Assembly: GCA_965240325.2 (NCBI GenBank)
Contig: OZ251228.1
Coordinates: forward strand, 1,612,001 to 1,676,000
DNA: 64,000 bases
Direction: 5' to 3'
DNA from: Rebecca billardiae RCC1528
Lineage: Eukaryota > Protista > Haptophyta
The notes beneath the pieces are model-generated. The model made no database searches. It was not told the DNA's origin and saw only the letters and a program-made list of their open reading frames with translations. A program made the position numbers and the translations under genes. Below, one piece after another: positions 57,683 through 64,000 of the stretch; position 1 is the first letter of the stretch; each line of letters starts with the position of its first letter.

Positions 57683-58312
57683 TTGCTGATGCAGCAGCAC
57701 GCGCAGCACCAGCACGCGCAGCACCAGCACGCGCAGCACCAGCAGCACCAGCAGCTCCTCATGTTGCTGCGGCAGCAGCAGCAGCTCCAGCAGCAGTCGA
57801 ACGTGCCACCGCCAGGCTTCGATCCCTCCCAGCTCGCGGGCCACCCGGCGCTGCCGGCGGCACTGGCTGCGCTTGGCTTCAACCAAGGCCACCTGCCGCA
57901 GTCCGGCCTCACCAGCGCACCGATGAGGACGGGCAACCCGTCCGATCGGCCCGGGGCCACGCCCGCCGCGACGCAGGCGGCCATCCTCGCCGCGCTCGCG
58001 CAAGCCGGCGCCGTGCCCACCTCGACCGCGGCGCCCAGCGGCCGATACGGCGCCGCGGACGAGCAGTACGGCTCGGCGCTCAGGGTTGAAGGGTGGGCAG
58101 ACCCGTCGGCGGCGCTCAAGGTGAGCAGCGGCCTCGACGCGCAGCCGGAGCACGTGTGGTCGTCGCCGCACGCGTCGCACACGCAGCAGCGGCAGCCCGC
58201 GTGCAACTGGGCGGGCGCAAATCCGGGCAGCATGGGCGACGCACAGGACATCCTGTCCAGCTTCATGCTGCAGCTCGCAGAAGGCGAGGATGCGCTGCCG
58301 ACGAGCACGTGA
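55689..58312 (+). CDS. R2R3-MYB transcription factor with poly-Q tracts (3 exons)
   Basis: RGWAADEDERL..KWALIA..REKQ|CRERWHNHLKPDVKKGDWTAEEDKLI..|AWSRIAEELPGRTDHAVKNRFN. Exons about 55689-55862, 56073-56177 and 56345-58312. Confidence 0.93.
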
Positions 58313-59089
58313 GCGCGGCGGCGCGCCGCTCGGTGCGGCGCCGGCAGCCTCGCGCGCGAGCCCGGCACCCGGGCCTGCGCCGCGTCGGCTCGTCGGCTCG
58401 CTGCACTGTGGCCGCTGCCGGGCACCCCTCGCTCGCACTGCCCCGGAGCCCAGGGCTCCTCAGCGCAGACGAGAACACCCCGGCACCTCTCCCATACTCG
58501 CGCCACGTGCGACGTGGGCCGCGCGTCGCACGCTCACCATCGACCACCCGCCACCAGCTCGAGGCAGCCATCCCATCTCCGGCTGCCCGCGTCTGTGACC
58601 AGGTGGCAGATTTCTCGGCATCGTAGCCGGCGCAGGGACCCGTCCAGGTATGCATGCCCTCCGGCCTCCGCGCACTCGTCGTCAGAGTGCGGAGCCGCTG
58701 CATGAGCCGCAGACAAGCAGTCCCTGACCGCGCCGGCAGGCTCCGCTCTCTGCCATCTCCGCACGGATCGAGCTACTGATGGCTGGCTGCATCACGGCCA
58801 CCAGCATCTCAGCCCTCAGTCAGGTGACGATTTCAGCGTCTGCCGATCACTGGGCGTACTGTCCGGAAACGGTTGAAAGTGTCGTCATGCACTCATAGGC
58901 CGATGAGCACACGGAGCTGAGCCGCCGCGCGGGCCCGGCCCGCCGCGGCGGCCGGGCCCCGGGGCCGCGGCGGGCCGTGCCGCCGCTCCGGGCTCGGGCC
59001 GGAATAACTCGTGTGCCGCCTATATGACTCATACTCGGACGCGATCAGCTTTTGTCATCAAACGATGACATCATCAAGTACGACTGCTG

Positions 59090-59195
59090 TACAGTTTACT
59101 AAGAATAAGAGACGCACACAGCTAAGGCAGGCGAGATCGACGCCCGCCAACTGTCACCGCCCACGAAGCCGTCGCCGATGGTAGCGCCGCCGGAA
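59090..59195 (+). repeat. Dispersed direct repeat copy 1 (partner at 60352-60476)
   Basis: TACAGTTTACT..AAGAATAAGAGACG..CAGGCGAGATCGACGCCCGCCAACTGTCACCGCCCA..GCGCCGCCGGAA. Confidence 0.9.
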
Positions 59196-59394
59196 GAAGT
59201 AAACCGGACTTTGCCGAGGATATCGAGCAGGACTGTTGTCGGTGTTGTTTTTTATTTGCCTTTTGGCTTTATTTCCGGTTCAGCGGTTGATGAAGCTTGG
59301 AAGAGTTGAGAGCGGGGGGCAGCTTTGGCTTGTCACCCACCCGCTAAACGCGGAGCGTTGGCCTCAAGGGGGGCACGCACGCTCGCGCGGCGGG

Positions 59395-59992
59395 ATGGCG
59401 AAGAAGAGCGCGTTCGAGTCCAAGTCGATCGCAAAGCGGCTGGCAGTCTTCATCCCGGCATTCTATCTGGCCTTCTTCGGCGTCACACTGGTGGTCCTCC
59501 TCGCGAGCCGCATCCCGCTGAGAGCAGTCGATGTGTTCCGGTTGCCGTTCGAGTGGGCAGAGTTCACGCCTGTGGGGCAGCCAAGGGAGCTAGGTGAGCC
59601 GGCCCCACCGAGCCAACTGCGCATTGGAGTATCCTGCCGCGCATGTCCGTGCGTCTCCGTGCCTGAGCAGTGCCCGCGCCCCCCTCGCACGCCGCCACCT
59701 GCGTTGCCGCGCACCGCCCACAGCACCCTTCATCGCAATGGTCGTGACGTTCCTCACATTGGGCCCGCTGCTCATCTTCTCCGTCGTTCGCACGACGAAG
59801 CAGTGCTGGGACTTCACCGCGACGCTGTGGTTGGTGCACTTGGCGCTCACGTGCCTCGTCACCCTCTCGTTCCCGCTCAACTGGGTGTGGTGGGTCGTGT
59901 TTGTGCCCTGCGGCGTGCTCATGAGCACGGGCGGCGAGCTTGCGTGCTACTACGTGATCGACATGCGCGAGATAGCCACAGACCATACGTGA
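59395..59992 (+). CDS. SYS1: SYS1-family Golgi integral membrane protein (2 exons)
   Basis: VRTTKQCWDFTATLWLVHL, FPLNWVWW, GELAC..MREI. Intron 59594-59723. Confidence 0.8.
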
Positions 59993-60051
59993 GACTCGCT
60001 GCACATCGGACCGAGCCGGTGTGATTCTGTGAATAAGCAGTGGCGTGAGAC

Positions 60052-60098
60052 TCGGTCCGTCGACGGTGTCGGTGGCACCGACACCGTCGACGGACCGA
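60052..60098. repeat. Perfect 23-bp-stem palindrome with single-G centre
   Basis: TCGGTCCGTCGACGGTGTCGGTG-G-CACCGACACCGTCGACGGACCGA. Confidence 0.95.
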
Positions 60099-60351
60099 CT
60101 ACCGAGGCCGTCCTCGGCGGAATCAGTGATGACGGTTCAATGTCACGACATCATTAGTCAGTCTGTCAGAGTGACTCACACCGGCGGGAACATTTGTCGC
60201 CCGGTGTGAGTTAATTTCAGAACTGATGACTACTCGATGCAGCAGACCGGACTGACGGACTGTCCGCGAGTCAGTACAGCTCACACTGTCAATTCACTAT
60301 TCACTGTGTCTGTGCCTGTGGCAGGTGCCGTGGCCGTGCAGTGTCATCAAG

Positions 60352-60476
60352 CTACAGTTTACTACTATATATATAAGAATAAGAGACGACGCACACAGCT
60401 CAGGCAGGCGAGATCGACGCCCGCCAACTGTCACCGCCCATGGAGCCGTCGTCGCCGATGGCTGCGCCGCCGGAAA
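60352..60476 (+). repeat. Dispersed direct repeat copy 2
   Basis: Matches 59090-59195 with small indels. Confidence 0.9.
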
Positions 60477-60570
60477 ATTCGTTCAGCCGTCCGCCTGCGA
60501 GGCCTGGATGAGGGCTGCGGCCGCCTCGCGGCGCGCCAGCGCCCGTCGACGTCGTCCTCGCCCCACCGTC

Positions 60571-60638
60571 GTCCACAAAACGTCGTCGTCCGAACTCGCC
60601 GACTGGGCGCCGAGTTCGGACGACGACGTTTTGTGGAC
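60571..60638. repeat. Perfect 28-bp-stem hairpin, 12-nt loop
   Basis: GTCCACAAAACGTCGTCGTCCGAACTCG / CGAGTTCGGACGACGACGTTTTGTGGAC. Confidence 0.95.
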
Positions 60639-60902
60639 CAGTGGTGTCCACCCTTGGTACTACAGTTTTACTTTCATTTTAGTTTATTATTTCGGACGAT
60701 CGACTCATCAGTCTGAGTCGTAGTATCGCAGCAGTAGCTAATGAGTCACGGAGCTGATGACGTCGATGACGACAGACGATGAAGTGCTAAGCTGCTAGAT
60801 GAGACTTGAGACTTGGTGACAGCATGCATGCGCGCGCGGTGATGCAGCTCAGCCGACCGATTAGTCTACCTATATTCGAGTGACAGAGCTTGAAGCCTCG
60901 CG

Positions 60903-63900
60903 TCAGTGGCCAACGCTGCGCCCGTACTGCTTCTTGAGCAGCGGCATGGCGGCACCCCGCGCCAGCGGCTGCGGCGCCGAATCCGCGTCAGGCGCCGGGC
61001 GCTTGCTGCCCTGCAAAGGCGACGCGGCTGGCGGCGCGCCCGCAGAGTGCGCGGGCCGGGAGCTGGCCGCCGGTCCGGCCGAGGGGCCGGCCGAGGCTCC
61101 GCCCGCTGCGTGCGGGCCGGAGGGCCGGGAGGCGGCGGCGAGCGCGAATTGCTTCTTGGGTGGCAGCGCACTCGACGCAGATGCCGCCGTCGAGGCAGGC
61201 GCGCTCGGCGGCGGCGGGGCGGGCGCGTGCGCGCCGCGTGGCGCGGGCGGCCTCGCCGCCGCGCCGCCCGTGCCGCCCTTGCGCTGGTACACGTCCAGCA
61301 CCGCCTTGATCCGCTTGAACATCGCCTCCTTCGCCCCGTCCGCATCCGGGTTGAACCCGGGCGGCGCGTTCCTGAAGAGCGAGCTGTCGGCGAACATCTG
61401 CCGATTGCTCCCAAAGCCGTGCTCAGCCGAGCCGCGGATCAGGTCCTCGTCGTTGGCCGGCGACGTCCACCAGGGTGGCAGCCCGTCGGCCTTGCCGACG
61501 GCGAGCGAGCGGAGGCGCGAGCGCGAGGCCTTGAGCACGTTCTCGCACAGTACCAGCCGCGTGAGCTTGTTCTTCGCCTTCTTCATCTTGTCCGGGTCGC
61601 CGCACTTGGACAGACGCTGCGCCCGGCACGGCGCGGCGCGGCGCGCGCGGCAGCGCGGTCGAGAGGGGCGCGCGCGCGCGCTCCTCACAGCGGGCAGGGG
61701 ACAGAGTCCGGCGCAGGCCGCGGCGCGCGCGCGCCTCCAGGGCGGGGCTCCAGCGCGCGCGCGCGCGCGCACGCACCTCCCACTCGGCGTGCATCCCAGC
61801 CGCCGCCGCGCCCAGCTGCGCGTCGCTCAGCCCGTGTGCGCGCCCAAGCTCCGCGCTCAGCGCCGCGCCGAGCCGCGCCGGCTCGCCCGCGGTGTCCAGA
61901 CGTCCGAATTTGAGGAGCGTCTTGCTCAGCGCGGCCTTGACGTCGGCGGGCAGCGAGGGCATTGCGGCGGGCGGCGGCGACGCCTCCGCCGCGGACGCCG
62001 TCGGCGTCGCCCTCAGCCGGGGCCCGCCGTTCGGAGGCGGGGTGCCCTCCTGCGAGTGGCGCGGCGCGCCGTGCGCGCGGCCGCCTGCCGCACTCTCCTG
62101 CGCTCGCGCGGAGGGAAAAGCGGGGGCCGGTCCGCGGGGCGGGGGCGATGCGGGCGCGCGCTGAGCCGAGGCGAGCGGCGAGCGGCGAGCGGCGAGCGGC
62201 GAGCGGCGAGCGCACGCGGCGCGGCGCGTGCTCGGACCGCAGGCTGGCTGGCGCACGCGCGCGCGCGCGCGCGGGCGCACCTGCGCTCGCGGCCGCTCCG
62301 TCGGCCGGTGCTGCTGTTTTGCGCTCGGCGCGGCGGGCTGCCGCCTGCTCGCCTCCGCGCCGTCGCCGCCGCGCAGCAGGTAGCGGAAGCGCCGGTCGAG
62401 GGCATCGCGCGAGGGCCAGGGCACGGCACCGGGCGGCCGCGCCGGCGCGGCCGCGCCCTCCTGCTCGCCCTCCGCGTCCACCAGCGCGATCCTCGAGAGC
62501 ACACCCACGAGCGTCGTATCTCGGCGCACGAGATCGTACCCGTTGAGGCCATACAGCCAGAGGCCGACGATCAGGCAGCGGTCCTCCGGCACGCCCCAGC
62601 CGGCGACGAGCGTGGGCGTGCGGCCGGGCAGCTGCGCGGCGTTGGGCACCTCGAGCGCGCTCAGCTCGCGCAGCCGCGCCGCGTACTGCTCGAGCACGCG
62701 CTCCGGGATCACCTCGGCGCCCGCGCCGGCGGCCGCCGCCGCGTCCGCGCCGCCGCCCTCGCCGCCAAACGCGAGCGCGCCTTCGCGCGTGTACGGTGGC
62801 GGCGCGCCCAGCCGGTCGAGCTCGGCGCCGGCCGCGTCGAGGCCGAGCCCCTTCGCGACGAAGCTGTGCAGCTCCCACGCCGCCTGCATCTTCTCCAGGT
62901 ACGTCGTCGCGTTGCGCGCCACGCGCTCGAGGAACTTGGTCTCTCGCAGCACTGCGTCAGTGGCGCCCGTCTTGGCCTCGCGGTCGATGGCGAGCGCCGC
63001 GACGCGGAAGTCGGCGACGGTCGAGCCGGACTTGGTGAGGCAGAGCGCGGCGAAGCCGCTCGCCACCGCGCGCTGCTCGGTGACGGGCTTGCCGTAGCAC
63101 GTGCCCTCGTGCCCCGGCGTCGGCGTCGCGAGCTCGCACCGCCGCAGCCGCGTCGGGCCGAAGCGCAGGATCCCGCCGATGAAGACGTCTCGAGCTTTCT
63201 TGGACCACGCGCCCGAGACGCGCGAGCCCGCGCCGCCGCCCGCCTTGGCGTCGGCGTCGGCGTAGGACTCGTCGTCGTCGTCGTCGTCCGAGCGGCCGCC
63301 CGCGCCGCCCGCGCCGCTGTCCATCCCGAACCGCGACACCGTCCGCCGCTGCCTGTCGCCCAGCGACTCGAGCTGCTTCGGCTCGAACGTGAGCCCAATC
63401 TTGGCCCAGAAGTCGTCGTCGTCGACATTGATCTCGCGCGCGCCCGCGCCGCCCGACGAGACGAAGGTGGCCTTGGCGAAGGTGGAGCCCGCCTCGGCGA
63501 GGGAGTCGTACGTCTTGACGCGCGACGAGCGCTCCAGGATCTCGTCGATGTCCGCCTCGTTGAACCGCGCCGACGCGTCGTCCTCGCCCTCGTCGTTGAA
63601 GATGTGATACGCGCCGTGCTTGAGCAGCGTGTCGATCTCCTTGTTCGTCAGCTTGTCCGGCCGCCCGCCGCCCGCGGCGGCGGCGGCGGCGGCCTCGGCG
63701 GCGTTGCCGCGGTCGATGCCGCCGAGCACGGCGTGGTCGAGCCCCAGCTTGATCGACGCGCGGCGGAACATCTCCATCTCGTACGTGTTGCGCGTGATGA
63801 GCCGGTACACCTTGACCGCGTGCGTCTGGCCGATCCGGTGGCAGCGCGCCTGCGCCTGGATGTCGTTCTGCGGGTTCCAGTCCGAGTCGTAGATCACGAC

Positions 63901-64000
63901 GGTGTCGGCGGCGGTGAGGTTGATGCCGAGCCCGCCCGCGCGCGTGCACAGCAGGAACACGAAGATCTCCGAGCCCGGCCGCGAGAACCGGTCGATCGCC
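60903..64000 (-). CDS. CHD-family SNF2 chromatin remodeller (CHD6-9-like), 3' part; runs off the window
   Basis: [78 protein letters not shown], and SANT/SLIDE-like [14 protein letters not shown] and [14 protein letters not shown]. Confidence 0.92.

Overview
High-GC eukaryotic nuclear DNA. It is intron-rich, with short GTGCGC...GCGCAG introns full of (GC)n runs. The style suggests a haptophyte or similar microalga, but this is inferred only. Most of the long ORFs in the track are GC-rich noise or intron read-through. About 14 genes are supportable: SPT6, a GT2-like glycosyltransferase, an ShK-domain prolyl 4-hydroxylase, a tyrosinase-matrixin fusion, a transposase, an ankyrin protein, a Sin3-like PAH corepressor, an EsV-1-7 cysteine-repeat protein, an atypical UBA5, an acyltransferase-3, a one-LRR-per-exon gene, an unknown membrane protein, an R2R3-MYB and SYS1, plus the 3' part of a CHD remodeller. 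Main highlights: (1) a complete 6.76-kb DNA transposon with 16-bp TIRs and a 7-bp TSD. It encodes a six-exon hAT-like DDE transposase of about 1800 aa, fused at its C-terminus to chromodomain-like and tandem Tudor-like modules. (2) A pro-tyrosinase fused to an MMP-type protease. (3) A symmetric phase-2 LRR exon array with homologous introns. (4) A UBA5 lacking its zinc ligands and C-terminal tail. (5) A 1.8-kb TIR element in a TA/CA microsatellite. (6) A 324-bp near-perfect palindrome beside an AT-rich island. Exon structures were inferred by eye from splice signals and frame continuity.
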